A stretch of 64,000 nt of DNA from Halodesulfurarchaeum sp. (lineage in GTDB: Archaea; Halobacteriota; Halobacteria; Halobacteriales; Halobacteriaceae). The position numbers and the translations under genes were made by a program. Under the pieces are notes generated by a model. The model was not told the DNA's origin. It worked only from the letters and a program-made list of their open reading frames with translations, and searched no databases. The stretch lies in assembly GCA_034520565.1 (NCBI GenBank), contig JAXHNL010000002.1, positions 1,088,001-1,152,000 on the forward strand, read 5' to 3'. Positions 40,948 to 51,514 of the stretch are shown in pieces; position 1 is the stretch's first letter; each line of letters opens with the position of its first letter.

Positions 40948-41970
40948 ATGAGTTCTGAACCCGCCCACCGATCGGACTTCTCCCAGCGATCTCCCGCCGA
41001 TTCGGCCAGGGAGTCCCCACCGGGGACTGACGTCGCCATCCAGACGAGTGGGCTGACGAAACGCTACGGCGACGCCGTCCTCGCCGTCGACGACCTCGAC
41101 CTCACGGTCTACGCGGGCGAAATTTTCGGCTTCCTCGGCCCGAACGGGGCGGGAAAGTCGACGACGATCGACGTGCTCATGGATTATAGCCGGCCGACGG
41201 CCGGCACCGCGACGGTACTCGGGATGGATAGCCAGCGGGAGACCCGAGACATCCACCGCCGCGTCGGCATTCTTCCTGACGGATACGGCCTCTACGACCG
41301 GCTTACCGGCCGGGAGCACCTCGAATATGCGATCGACCTCAAGGGCGCCGACGACGATCTCGACGACCTGCTCGACCGGGTCGGACTCGCTCCGGAGGCC
41401 GCCGCCCGGAAGACGGGTGGCTATTCGAAAGGGATGGGGCAGCGACTGGCCCTCGCGATCGCGCTCGTCGGGGATCCCGACCTGTTGATTCTCGACGAAC
41501 CGTCCTCGGGGCTGGATCCGAACGGGGTGCGGCTGGTCCGGGAGATCGCTCGCGACCACGCCGATCGGGGGAAGACGGTCTTCGGCTCGCGTCGATCAGG
41601 CCAGGTCGAGGCGGTCTGTGATCGGGTCGCGATCCTCGATTCGGGTCAGCCGAGCTCGCCGTGGAGTCCATCGACGGCCTCCGGGAACTCGCTTGGGACT
41701 GGTTCGACGATGACGCTCACTGTCGAGGAGGTGCCGGCCGACCTGTCCTTGGATGCGCTGGCGGGGGTCAGCACCGTGAGCGTCGACGGCCGTCAGATAC
41801 GTGTCACAGTCGACGAACCGGAGGCGAAGATCGCCGTCATCGACCGGGTCCGGGAGGCAGGGGCGACGCTCCTCGACATCTCGACCGACGAAGCGTCTCT
41901 GGAGGATCTGTTCGCCGCTTCGACCGGTGCTGGACGGTCTCGAACCGGGGAGACGGAGGGCGGGCGATGA
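40948..41970 (+). CDS. ABC-2-type transporter ATP-binding protein; locally garbled at about 41580-41700
   Basis: GPNGAGKST, YSKGMGQR, ILDEPSSGLDP; the expected FFSSH motif is disrupted. Confidence 0.88.
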   Translation: MSSEPAHRSDFSQRSPADSARESPPGTDVAIQTSGLTKRYGDAVLAVDDLDLTVYAGEIFGFLGPNGAGKSTTIDVLMDYSRPTAGTATVLGMDSQRETRDIHRRVGILPDGYGLYDRLTGREHLEYAIDLKGADDDLDDLLDRVGLAPEAAARKTGGYSKGMGQRLALAIALVGDPDLLILDEPSSGLDPNGVRLVREIARDHADRGKTVFGSRRSGQVEAVCDRVAILDSGQPSSPWSPSTASGNSLGTGSTMTLTVEEVPADLSLDALAGVSTVSVDGRQIRVTVDEPEAKIAVIDRVREAGATLLDISTDEASLEDLFAASTGAGRSRTGETEGGR

Positions 41971-42794
41971 CCTGGTTCGTCATCGCCCGCAAGGAGTTCG
42001 AGGACGCGCTCCGATCGCGAATGCTCTGGGCCATCGTCGTCCTCGATCGCGGCGATGACTTCGCTCGCCGCGGGTGTGATGGCGCCGATTCCCGGTGTGG
42101 ATGGAGACCCGGTCTCGGCTATCGGTGCGGCCTCCCAATTCGCGGCCATGCTGGTGCCGATCATGGCGCTGATCGCCGGTTACCTCGCGATCGCCGGGGA
42201 ACGCGAGTCCGGGAGCCTGAAAATCCTCTTGGGACTGCCGCCCTCGCGCGGCGAGGTTCTCGCCGGGAAATTCCTCGGCCGGGCGGCCGTCGTCGGCATC
42301 GGCGTCGCGGCCGGATTTGCGATTTCGGGCGTCGTCACCGCTGCGCTCTACGGGGTGCTCCGGTGATCGATTTCGTCGGCGTCACTGTCCTCTCGGCGGT
42401 GCTCGGGATAAGTTTCGTCGGAATCGCGGTCGGTATTTCGGCGACGACGGCGGTCAGATCCCGGGCGATGACCCTCGCCGTCACGGCGTATCTCGTCTTG
42501 ACCCTCCTCTGGGACATCGTTCCCCAGGGTGTCCACCTGCTGGTCGCGGGTTCGATGCCCGGGCCGACCGTCCCCGGTTGGTTCCTCCTGCTCCAGGGAG
42601 CGAGTCCGTCGGGGGCATACAACGCCCTCGTACAGCGGGTGCTCATGGACACGGATGCCGCGCTTTCGGCCCGGCTCGGTGGCGAGGTTCCGGCGTTTCT
42701 CGACGCCCCGGTCTTCGTCGGGATACTGCTTCTCTGGACGGCCCTACCGCTTGTGTTCGGGTACCTCCGCTTCCGACGGGCGGATCTGAGCTAA
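41967..42794 (+). CDS. ABC-2/NosY-type permease; frameshifts near 42045 and 42360
   Basis: MTWFVIARKEFEDALRSR | IAGERESGSLKILLGLP.SR.EV..GK | ...GYLRFRRADLS across three frames. Confidence 0.82.
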   Translation: MTWFVIARKEFEDALRSRMLWAIVVLDRGDDFARRGCDGADSRCGWRPGLGYRCGLPIRGHAGADHGADRRLPRDRRGTRVREPENPLGTAALARRGSRREIPRPGGRRRHRRRGRICDFGRRHRCALRGAPVIDFVGVTVLSAVLGISFVGIAVGISATTAVRSRAMTLAVTAYLVLTLLWDIVPQGVHLLVAGSMPGPTVPGWFLLLQGASPSGAYNALVQRVLMDTDAALSARLGGEVPAFLDAPVFVGILLLWTALPLVFGYLRFRRADLS

Positions 42795-42795
42795 C

Positions 42796-45503
42796 TCAGT
42801 CGCCCTCGATGGCCTCGGTGACCCGTTCGTGAAACGCCCGGAGCGCCGCGTCTTCGTCCTCGGCGAGCACGACGTCGCTCGCGGAGAGCGTGGCGAGCCC
42901 GAAGGAGAGGGGGCTGGGCGAGGAGAGCGTCTGGCTCCGGATGGCGATCGACCCGTCCTGAATGGCCTCGAGTATCTGCTCGATCCCCGCGAGGTCGAGT
43001 TTGTCCTCGATTATCTCGCGGTGGGTTTCCGCGAGCACGGCAAAATCCTCGAGGTTCTCGGCGAACCCGAGCAGCATTTCTGCTGAGACCTGTTGTCGGC
43101 TGGCGCTTTTCTCGTGGCCCTTGTACCGCTTGAGGATCATCAACGAACGCGTGGCGTTGATCCGGAAGTACCGCTCCCGGAGATCGGTGCCGTTGAGACT
43201 CGATTCGAGGAGATCCCGGGCCTCATCGGGGGTCGTGGATTCGAGTAGTCCGACCACGTCGACCTTGCGATTCAGCGGCATCGAGAGGGTAAAGCCCGAG
43301 TCGCCGACAGCGATCGTCACGTTGGCCGTGGCCTCGACGGCGATCTGGTGGGCGAGGATCCGCGAGAGTCCGTCGTTGAACCGCCGGCCGTACGGTCGAG
43401 TGAACGTAGTAGTCGGCGCTCGGTACTCGTCGTGGTCCGTGTCGCTCCTCGACGACGCAGTCGATCGGGTGTACTCACGCTCTCGGGACCGGCGTAGACG
43501 AGTTGCCGGTCGATCATCCGGGCCAGTGCCCTGACGCTTTCCTCGTCGATCGGCAACTCCCGAAGATGGACGCGGACCGCGCGGCCGCCCGCCATCGGCG
43601 ATATCGAGGAGGCGTTCCTGAAACGCCGCAATCTCGACTCCGAGGTCGAAGGATCGGGGCAGGCGCTCGGAGTACCACGAGGGGACCGTCGCCCGCTCGC
43701 TCGTCCGGTCGACGTAGACCTTCGACCCGCGGCGGTAGCGGTACTCGTACCGTTCGCCGCCGAGGACGAAGACGTCTCCCGGCTCGAGGGTGTCGAGGTA
43801 GTCCTCGTCGAGGTCGCCGACCCACTGGTCCTCCCCCCGGACGAAAACGTTGCAGGAAAAGGAATCCGGGATCGTCCCCACGTTCGTCATGTAGATGACG
43901 CGGGCGAGCCGGCCGCGTTTGCCGAGAAGCCGCGCTCCAACCGGATAGTCGGGATAGTGGTGTTCGCCATCGGGCGGGTCGTTCTCGTCGCGCCAGATCT
44001 TCGCGTAGACGTTCCGGTCCTCCATCCCCTCGTAGTCGGCGCGGAGGTAGCGGAGCAACTGCTCGAATTCCGCGTCGGTGTAGTTCCTGTAGGGATAGGC
44101 TCGACGGAGGATCGACTCGACTTCCGCGAGCGGTCGGGGGCCGTTGATCGCCATTCCGTAGACCTGCTGGGCGGCGACGTCCTGTGCTCGTTCGGGGACG
44201 TAACACCCGATCGACGAACCCGGCCTCGGCCCGGTCGAGCATCGACGGTACACTCGACGAGTTCGTCCAGATCGAGCGCGAACACTCGGCCGGTGACGGT
44301 CTCACCGATTTGATGGCCGGCCCGCCCGACACGCTGGAGGAGCGCGGCGACGGACTTCGGGGAGCCCACTTGAACCACCAGGTCGATGTCTGGCATGTCG
44401 ATTCCCAGTTCGAGACTCGTCGAAGTCGTCACCACGTCGAGGGCCCCGTCTTTCAATGCCTGCTCGACCTCCTGTCGTCGATCCTTGGAGAGGGACCCAT
44501 GATGGGCCCCCGATTTCTCCTCCGCTACGTCATCGCGCTCCCGGAGGTTCTCCAGCACGCGTTCGGCCCCGGACCGGGTGTTCGTGAACACGAGCGTGCT
44601 GTCGTGTGTCTCGATCAGCTCGGCGAGCTGGTCGTAGAACCGCTCCTGTATCACCGTCCGCGGCGTTTCGATCAGGTCCGCGGTCGGCGTGACGAGTTCC
44701 ATATCGTACTCCCGCATCGAACTCGGGTGTCGACCTCGCTGCGGACCTCGTCTCGGTCGTCCGTCCTCGCGAGCCCGCCGAGAAACGTCCGCGATCGTCT
44801 CGAGGGGCTCGACCGTGGCCGAACAGCCGATTCGAGTGGGCTCGTCGTCCGCGAGGGCGGCGAGCCGCTCCAGGCTCACGGCGAGGTGGGTCCCGCGCTT
44901 GTTGTCAGCGAGGCTGTGGATCTCGTCGACGATGACGTACTCGACCGTCCGGAGTTTCTCCTTGAACTTCGGGGAGTTGAGCAGGATGGCGAGCGTCTCC
45001 GGCGTCGTGTTGAGGATGTGTGGGGTCTCCTCGAGCATCGCCTGCCGGGTGGCCGAATCCGTGTCGCCGTGCCTGATCGCGTGACGGATCTCTTCGACGT
45101 CCTCGCCCCGGTCATCGAGGCGGTCGTAAATCCCGTCGAGTGGAGCTTCGAGGTTCCGATGGATATCGTTCGCGAGGGACTTCAGCGGGGAGACATAGAG
45201 GCAGTAGACCGTGTTCTCGAGCCCCTCGGCTCGCTCGCGAACGAACAGTTCGTTGATGATCGCGGTGAAGCTCGCCAGGGTCTTGCCGGATCCGGTGGGG
45301 CTCGCGATGAGGGTGTGATCGTCCTCGGCGATGTGTGGAATCGCCTCGCGCTGGGGCGGCGTGAAGTAGCCCCCATTTTCCGGGACGAACTCGCCGAACT
45401 GGTCCATCCACCACTCCCGGACGGCCGGTTCCAGGGTTTCGAGGAGGTCGCCGTCGGGGACCGAGTCGGGATCGGGCGCCACCGCGGGTATCTCCGTACC
45501 CAT
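42796..45503 (-). CDS. lhr: Lhr-family ATP-dependent helicase; several frameshifts
   Basis: PTGSGKT, SPLKSL.ND, TTPE, DEIH, SAT, FTNTR, HHGSLS, TSLELGID, QRVGRAGH, then DV.AQQV, MTNVGTIPD, PSWYSE.LP and SP.SFGL in successive frames. Confidence 0.88.
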
Positions 45504-45651
45504 TCGATACCGGATAGGACTTCCGGGGGGTTGTAGCTGTTGGCCGAGCCGGTTTCCGACCGGCCGCTCAACCATTGCGAGCGTCGGGCCGGACCGGGGC
45601 CGATTCGTGGCTGGCCACAACCGTTTTCTCCAATCGATCCCGACACCCCCC

Positions 45652-46383
45652 ATGCAGCTGATTTTCCTCGGCACCGGTTCCGCGATGCCGACTGCCGACC
45701 GGGTCCAGTCCGGGCTCCTCCTCGAGGATGGTGATCGCCGACTCCTCGTCGACGCCGGGAGCGGGGTTCTTCACCGACTTGCAGCCACCGAAACGGGATA
45801 CGAGGGTGTGGAGACGGTCCTACTCACCCATCACCACCTCGATCACGTCGCCGATCTCATGCCACTCTTCAAAGCCAGGTGGCTGGCCGGCGAATCGTCG
45901 CTCACGGTTGTGGGTCCCCCGGGGACTGAAGCGCTCGTTGACGGCCTGCTCGAGGTCCACGACTACCTCCGGGGGCGGCTGTCGGTTGCCGTCAGGGAAC
46001 TCGAACCCGGCCAGGCCACTGTCGCCGGATTTGCCGTCACCGCCATGGCGAATCGCCATTCGATGGAGGGCTTTGCCTACCGGTTCGACGACCGGCTCAC
46101 GATCTCCGGTGACACCCGGGAGTTCCAGGCTCTGGTGGACTTCGCCGAGGTCGGATCAGTCCTCGTTCACGACTGCTCGTTCCCCGACGACGTGGACCTC
46201 GATACCCACACGACGCCGACGAAATTGAGCCGGGTCCTCGACGGCGCCGACCTCGACCGGGTCTACCTCACCCATCTCTACCCCCACACCGACGGGAAGC
46301 ACGCGGCCATGGTCGAGACGATCGAGTCCCGGTTCGATGGCGAGGTGCTGGTCGCCGAAGACGGCATGCAGATCGGCGTTTGA
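45652..46383 (+). CDS. MBL-fold metallo-hydrolase (RNase Z/BN-like)
   Basis: FLGTGSA, THHHLDH..D, SGDT, THLYP. Confidence 0.88.
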   Translation: MQLIFLGTGSAMPTADRVQSGLLLEDGDRRLLVDAGSGVLHRLAATETGYEGVETVLLTHHHLDHVADLMPLFKARWLAGESSLTVVGPPGTEALVDGLLEVHDYLRGRLSVAVRELEPGQATVAGFAVTAMANRHSMEGFAYRFDDRLTISGDTREFQALVDFAEVGSVLVHDCSFPDDVDLDTHTTPTKLSRVLDGADLDRVYLTHLYPHTDGKHAAMVETIESRFDGEVLVAEDGMQIGV

Positions 46384-46394
46384 GAGCTGCAGGA

Positions 46395-47460
46395 TCACTC
46401 GATCGGATACCGCAGCAACGCCGCCACACCGCCCAAATTTCGCAGTTGTTTCCCCGGATCGAACTCGTGGGAGAAGACGGTGATTTCCCCGCCCTGGTTT
46501 TCGACCTGCCGGATCAGGTCGTTCGCATCCAACTTCCAGTCGCCCTCGCCGGCCCGCTCCAGTCGGAGCCGCTCGTCGAGAATGAGGAGTTGCTCGACGG
46601 CCCCGTACTCGGTTGCCTGGGCGACGTCGTCGAGCCCGTAGGCGGCCGCCCCGTCGCCGCCTATCCGCTCTGTCAACTCGTCGATGGCCGCGCTTTCCTC
46701 GGCGATCCGGGTCTCGCGACGGACGTCGGCGACGGCCCCGCGCTTGAGCACCTCGTGGACGCCGCGACCCCCGACCGCGCTCGTGTCGACGACCGTGACG
46801 GTCTCGGTGATCTCGGGATGGGACTCGATATGTTCGAGGGCGTCCTGTTTGGTGAAGCCGGGACCGGCGAGGATGACGGCGTCGACGTCCAGGCGGCCGA
46901 GGCGCGTCCGCGAGTTCCTCGAAGAGTTCCTCGCGCCCGCCCGTGTACTCGCCCTTGCCGGTCGTATTCGTTAGCGAGACGTACTCGTCGACGCCGTACT
47001 GGGCGACGGTGTGGACGTGGGCCTCGCCCTCGCCGACGGTGGCAATGGCGACGGTGGGCTGGTCCGTGGCTTCCTCGGCCTCCTCGATGCGCTCGCGCTG
47101 GTCCGGTTGCCAGATCTTCTCGATCTCGATCGTGTCGTGTTCCTCGACGTTGATAGTGTGATGGAGGCCGAGCTGGTCCTCGCGGGAGCAGTCTTCGATG
47201 GTTCCTCCCACGCGGAGCCGGTTCGAGAACTTGTGGAACTCGACGTCCTCGACGGCGAGTGTGACGTGCATGTGCTCGCGTTCGCCGCCGGTGTCCCGCA
47301 TGTTCTCCTCCTGGCGCTGGATGCGACGATGGGTGTCCCCGGAGACGAAATCGCCGGGCTCGATGACGTAGGTGAGATGCCAGAGGTCGTCGAGACTTTC
47401 GGGGACGAGGCTCACCGCCTCGCGACCGCCCTCCCGTGCCGACCACTCCCTGACGTGCAT
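46395..47460 (-). CDS. pelA: Pelota (Dom34) ribosome-rescue factor; frameshift near 46905
   Basis: [19 protein letters not shown]; then [32 protein letters not shown]. Confidence 0.92.
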
Positions 47461-47500
47461 GGTGGTGCTTTGCCGCGTTCGCCTAAGTCGATTCCCTTTC

Positions 47501-49597
47501 TCACTCGGTGATCCGGCTCGTCCCCGGTGGCATGAACTTCTGAATCTCGTCCGGACTGGCGACCTTCCGGACGAACGAGGTGTCCGCAAAGCGCTCCCGG
47601 AACTCCCGATAGAGTCGCTTTGCCACGTCGCCCTGGGCGTAGCGACCGGGTTCGATTCGGATCGACGTCTCGGCCTGGGCCTCGATTGGTTCGGGTGGAC
47701 CGCCGACGACCCGCGTTTCCGGCTCGCAGGCGATGCCCACTGCGGCCCCGACCGGGGTGTCCTCGAAGTAGGTGCGGTCGCCGCGGATGGCAAACCCGCC
47801 CTTTTCGAGGTACTCGCCGCTCTCCGGGGTTTTCGAGACCTGGTCGCCGTCGACCATGTAGACGTCCCCGCTGTACCGTTCGTCCTTCCAGACCGTGGAG
47901 AAGGTCACGGCGAACTGGGCGGCCTCCATGAGGCTTCGCTCGGGAACGTCGATGTCTTTTGTCGGCTCGCTCGGCTCGCTCGTTTTGAGGATCGTCGCCG
48001 GGCCGCCGTGGGCCTGTGTGTGGAAGAACCGATCTGCGTGTTCCATGTACTTCTCGACCAGCTCCTCGTTCTGATCGGCGTTCCGCCCACCCAGCACGAG
48101 AAAGCCGTCGCTCGTTCGGAACCAGCGAAAGCGGTCGTACCACTTCTCGGGTTTCCTGATCGGGACTGATTTCCGGGCGAGCCAGTCCCTGGATGCCGGC
48201 TTCTCGTCTGCCCCGTCGTCTTCCGTGTCCCCCGCGACGAACTCCTCACGGCGCTTTTCGAGCGCGGCGAGCTCGGCACGGGTGTCCTCGAGGGCTTCGA
48301 GAGCCCCCTCGCGTTTTGCCTCGATTTCCTTCGCACCGGTGTACAGCCGATCGGCGTTCTTCTCCACGCCCGACCGGGGATCGAGCGAGATCTCCTGTCC
48401 GTCGACCTCGATCCGGACCCGTGCCTCGGATTCGTCGATCCCGGACACCGCCTCGGCAGCTTCGATCCCCTCCGCAGCTCCTTTCGCGAGTCGCTCTTCG
48501 ATGTCTGTCCAGCCGTGTCCGGCCTCCCGTGCCGCCCTGACAGTCTCCAGGATCTCGTCGACGAGTTCGTAGTTCGCATAGAGGAGTTCGGCTTTCTCCC
48601 GCTCCGCATCAGCCTCGGCTTCGAAGTCCTCGATGGCCCGTTCCTGTTGTTCGATGATCCGCTCGCGGCGCTCGATTTCGGCGTCGAAGTTCGGCCCCGC
48701 CGAATCGCCCCCCGTTTCGGGCTCGCTCTCGCTTTCGGCGAGCGAGCGGAAGTAGGAATCGCAAGCCGCGTTGAACGAGTCGAAGGCCTCGCTTTCGAGG
48801 TGGCCGTACTCCTCGAGCGGGACCGGCGTGACGTCGACCGGAGCACCATCCTCGCGGTACACTCGCGGATCGGTGTTGCCCTCGCGAAGCCGATCGAGCA
48901 AGTCGCGCATCTCCGCGTAGAGGCGGTCGAAATCCCCCTCGTCGGCGTCGGCGATGTCCTTCGTCTTCTCGACTCCAGCCCGGGTACAGAGTTCCTCGCC
49001 GTAGGTGCCACCGAGATTGAGCTGTGTGGCGAGGGTCCGGACGAGGTCGGTATCCGACTCGGCCATGGCCGTCCTGAACGTCTCCCGATCCATGTCGAGC
49101 GGGTTGATCCGGGTCTGGGGGAAGCCATACTGGGCCCCCGGCGCGACGGTTCGAGACTGGAGACGCACGGTCGAGAGCGATTCCACGACCGTGCCGCTCT
49201 CGTCGAGTACCGCCAGGTTCCCCTCGCCGAAGAGTTCGGCGACGACGGTGGTGTCTTCGTCGCCGCGTCGAAACTCGAACACGAGGATGCGGTCGAAGCC
49301 ATGCTGGGAAACCGTCGCGAGGTCCGCGCCCGCGATACGGTTGCGGAGCATTTTCGCGAAGTTCGGCGGCCGGTCGGGGGCGGGCGGTACGAACTCCGGC
49401 TCGGTGACGTGGACGCGTTTTTGCTCGCCGACCTGCACCAGCAACTCGATACGGCCTCGATCGTAGTCCCGCATCTTGAGACGGACGAGATCGTCCGGGT
49501 AGAGATAGGCCTTGTCGACGGTCGCGCCGGTGTAGGCCCCCAGCTCCCCCACAAGGGCGACCAGTCCGACGCTCGTGACTTCCCGCTTCGGGTCCAT
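47501..49597 (-). CDS. rqcH: Rqc2/RqcH (NEMF/NFACT) ribosome quality-control factor
   Basis: F..MLR, QHGFDRI, ELFGEGN, coiled coil, [35 protein letters not shown]. Confidence 0.92.
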   Translation of the reverse strand: MDPKREVTSVGLVALVGELGAYTGATVDKAYLYPDDLVRLKMRDYDRGRIELLVQVGEQKRVHVTEPEFVPPAPDRPPNFAKMLRNRIAGADLATVSQHGFDRILVFEFRRGDEDTTVVAELFGEGNLAVLDESGTVVESLSTVRLQSRTVAPGAQYGFPQTRINPLDMDRETFRTAMAESDTDLVRTLATQLNLGGTYGEELCTRAGVEKTKDIADADEGDFDRLYAEMRDLLDRLREGNTDPRVYREDGAPVDVTPVPLEEYGHLESEAFDSFNAACDSYFRSLAESESEPETGGDSAGPNFDAEIERRERIIEQQERAIEDFEAEADAEREKAELLYANYELVDEILETVRAAREAGHGWTDIEERLAKGAAEGIEAAEAVSGIDESEARVRIEVDGQEISLDPRSGVEKNADRLYTGAKEIEAKREGALEALEDTRAELAALEKRREEFVAGDTEDDGADEKPASRDWLARKSVPIRKPEKWYDRFRWFRTSDGFLVLGGRNADQNEELVEKYMEHADRFFHTQAHGGPATILKTSEPSEPTKDIDVPERSLMEAAQFAVTFSTVWKDERYSGDVYMVDGDQVSKTPESGEYLEKGGFAIRGDRTYFEDTPVGAAVGIACEPETRVVGGPPEPIEAQAETSIRIEPGRYAQGDVAKRLYREFRERFADTSFVRKVASPDEIQKFMPPGTSRITE

Positions 49598-49833
49598 GGT
49601 CACATCCAAACGGACCATCGGGTTAGGCGCATCGGTCGAACGAGCGGCTGTGGATTCCGCGGCCCGAACGCGTGTGGCCCCGGACGAGGGTTTAAATCAG
49701 AACACCGGGCCAGAACGGGCTATCCCACCTTCGAAAACCCGGCGCGGCATGCGGGAGTGCGGCCGACCGCGTCGGCGGTCAGGCCGCCTGTTCGCCCCCG
49801 GTTCCGCGATCGTCGTTCCGGTTTCTGCCCCGG

Positions 49834-51477
49834 TCAGTCGAGCTGCGTGCTGACGTACGGACCGTCCCGCTCGTAGCCCAGCTCCTGTCGGTAGTACTCC
49901 CGGGCCCCCACCCCGGCGATGACGACGAGTTTCCCGTAGCCCGCCTCGGCAGCCATCGACTCGGCCTCCCGGACGAGCGTGCGCCCGTAGCCCTGGTGCT
50001 GGAACTCTTCACCGGTCTCCCCCAGCCCCACTTCGTTGCCGTAGACGTGGAGTTCCCGAATCAGGGCCGCCCCCTGCAACTCCTCGCGGCGTGACTCCCC
50101 CGGGAACCGGAGCCTGAGGAAGCCGATTAACAAGCCCTGTTCGGGCGCTTCGAAACTGACGAAGTGCTCCGTTCCGTCACCGGCTTCGTAGGTCCGCACG
50201 TTCATCTCGATCTCCGATGGCTCCTCGTCGTTCATTCCGACCTCCCGACAGCGGATGCAGTCACAGCTCCAGCCGTGCTCGTCCATCCGCTCGCGAGCCA
50301 ACTGCCGCAGGTTGGACTTCCAGACGCCGGCGTCGATGAAGTCCGCCGGAATGTCCCGCTGGACCCGCTGGAGCCTGACGTAGGGCGGGAGGTCGGCCTT
50401 GATCTCCGCGACGAGTTCGGCCGCCTGCTCGTTGGTGAGCGGCTCGTACTCGTCCCGACGCCACATGTCGTAGATCCTGGTCCCACGGACCACGAGCGTG
50501 GGGTAGATCTTGAGGTAGTCCGGACGCCACCGGGCGTCTTCGAAGAGTCGACGGCCGTCCTCCCTGGCCATGGCCACGGACGTCCCGGGCTGGCCCGGCA
50601 TCAGGTGGAAGCCCACCTTGAAGCCCGCGTCGCGCAGGCGTCGGCCGGCATCGATGGCGTCTTGGATGCCGTGACCGCGATGCATCTCGCGATTGATTCC
50701 CTCGAACGTCGTCTGCACGCCGACCTCGACCTTCGTTACGCCGAGGCGCAACATCCGGTCGATCTGGTCGGGCCCACACCAGTCCGGCTTCGTTTCGAAG
50801 GTCGTCGCGACGTTCCGCACGTCGGCGGTCTCGTTTGTCCGGAGGACTTCCTCGATCGATCGGTCGATGACCTGCTCGGGTTCCTGGGCGAAACTCTCGC
50901 CCTCGGTTGGCGCGGGCGGATCGTCAGGGTCGAACTCGTTCATCGCCTGCACGGCCCGCCGGACGAACCACTCCTGGTACGCCGGGTCCCGGGCCGTCAT
51001 CGTCCCGCCCATCACGATGAGCTCGACCTTGTCGACCGGATGTCCGATGTGTCGAAGCTGGGCCAGCCTGAGTCGAACCTGTCCGTAGGGATCGTAGTCG
51101 TTTTGCCCCCCACGGGCGGCGGCCGGCTCGTGTCCGGTGTAACTCTGTGCGGAGGAGAACTCCGAGGCCGGGCCCCCGGGACAGTACAGGCACTTCCCGT
51201 GCGGGCACGGCTCGGGGCTGGTCATCACCGCGACCGGCGTCACTCCCGAGGCGGTCCGAACCGGTTTGCGTCTAAGGATCGGTTCGACCTGCTCCCGTTT
51301 GTCGTCCGGGGCGGCCTGCAGCAGCTCCCCGTTCGTCGGTACCTTCGGCGAGGCGTGCTCGCCACAGGCTGCCAGTTTCGCCTGCTCCAGATTGTCGCGG
51401 TCCACCTCGCCGTCGAAAATACGGGTGAGTACGTCTGCACACGCCGCTTCGAAGCGTCGCTCACCCGTCGCGTCCAT
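49834..51477 (-). CDS. elp3: Elp3 tRNA U34 carboxymethyltransferase (radical SAM plus GNAT)
   Basis: KPVRT.SGV, CPHGKCLYC, GGT, ETKPD, KIYPTLV, RVQRDIP, RELHVYG, QHQGYG. Confidence 0.94.
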   Translation of the reverse strand: MDATGERRFEAACADVLTRIFDGEVDRDNLEQAKLAACGEHASPKVPTNGELLQAAPDDKREQVEPILRRKPVRTASGVTPVAVMTSPEPCPHGKCLYCPGGPASEFSSAQSYTGHEPAAARGGQNDYDPYGQVRLRLAQLRHIGHPVDKVELIVMGGTMTARDPAYQEWFVRRAVQAMNEFDPDDPPAPTEGESFAQEPEQVIDRSIEEVLRTNETADVRNVATTFETKPDWCGPDQIDRMLRLGVTKVEVGVQTTFEGINREMHRGHGIQDAIDAGRRLRDAGFKVGFHLMPGQPGTSVAMAREDGRRLFEDARWRPDYLKIYPTLVVRGTRIYDMWRRDEYEPLTNEQAAELVAEIKADLPPYVRLQRVQRDIPADFIDAGVWKSNLRQLARERMDEHGWSCDCIRCREVGMNDEEPSEIEMNVRTYEAGDGTEHFVSFEAPEQGLLIGFLRLRFPGESRREELQGAALIRELHVYGNEVGLGETGEEFQHQGYGRTLVREAESMAAEAGYGKLVVIAGVGAREYYRQELGYERDGPYVSTQLD

Positions 51478-51514
51478 ACAGAAGCCTGCGGAGAGCCGCC
51501 AAAAAGGGTGTCGT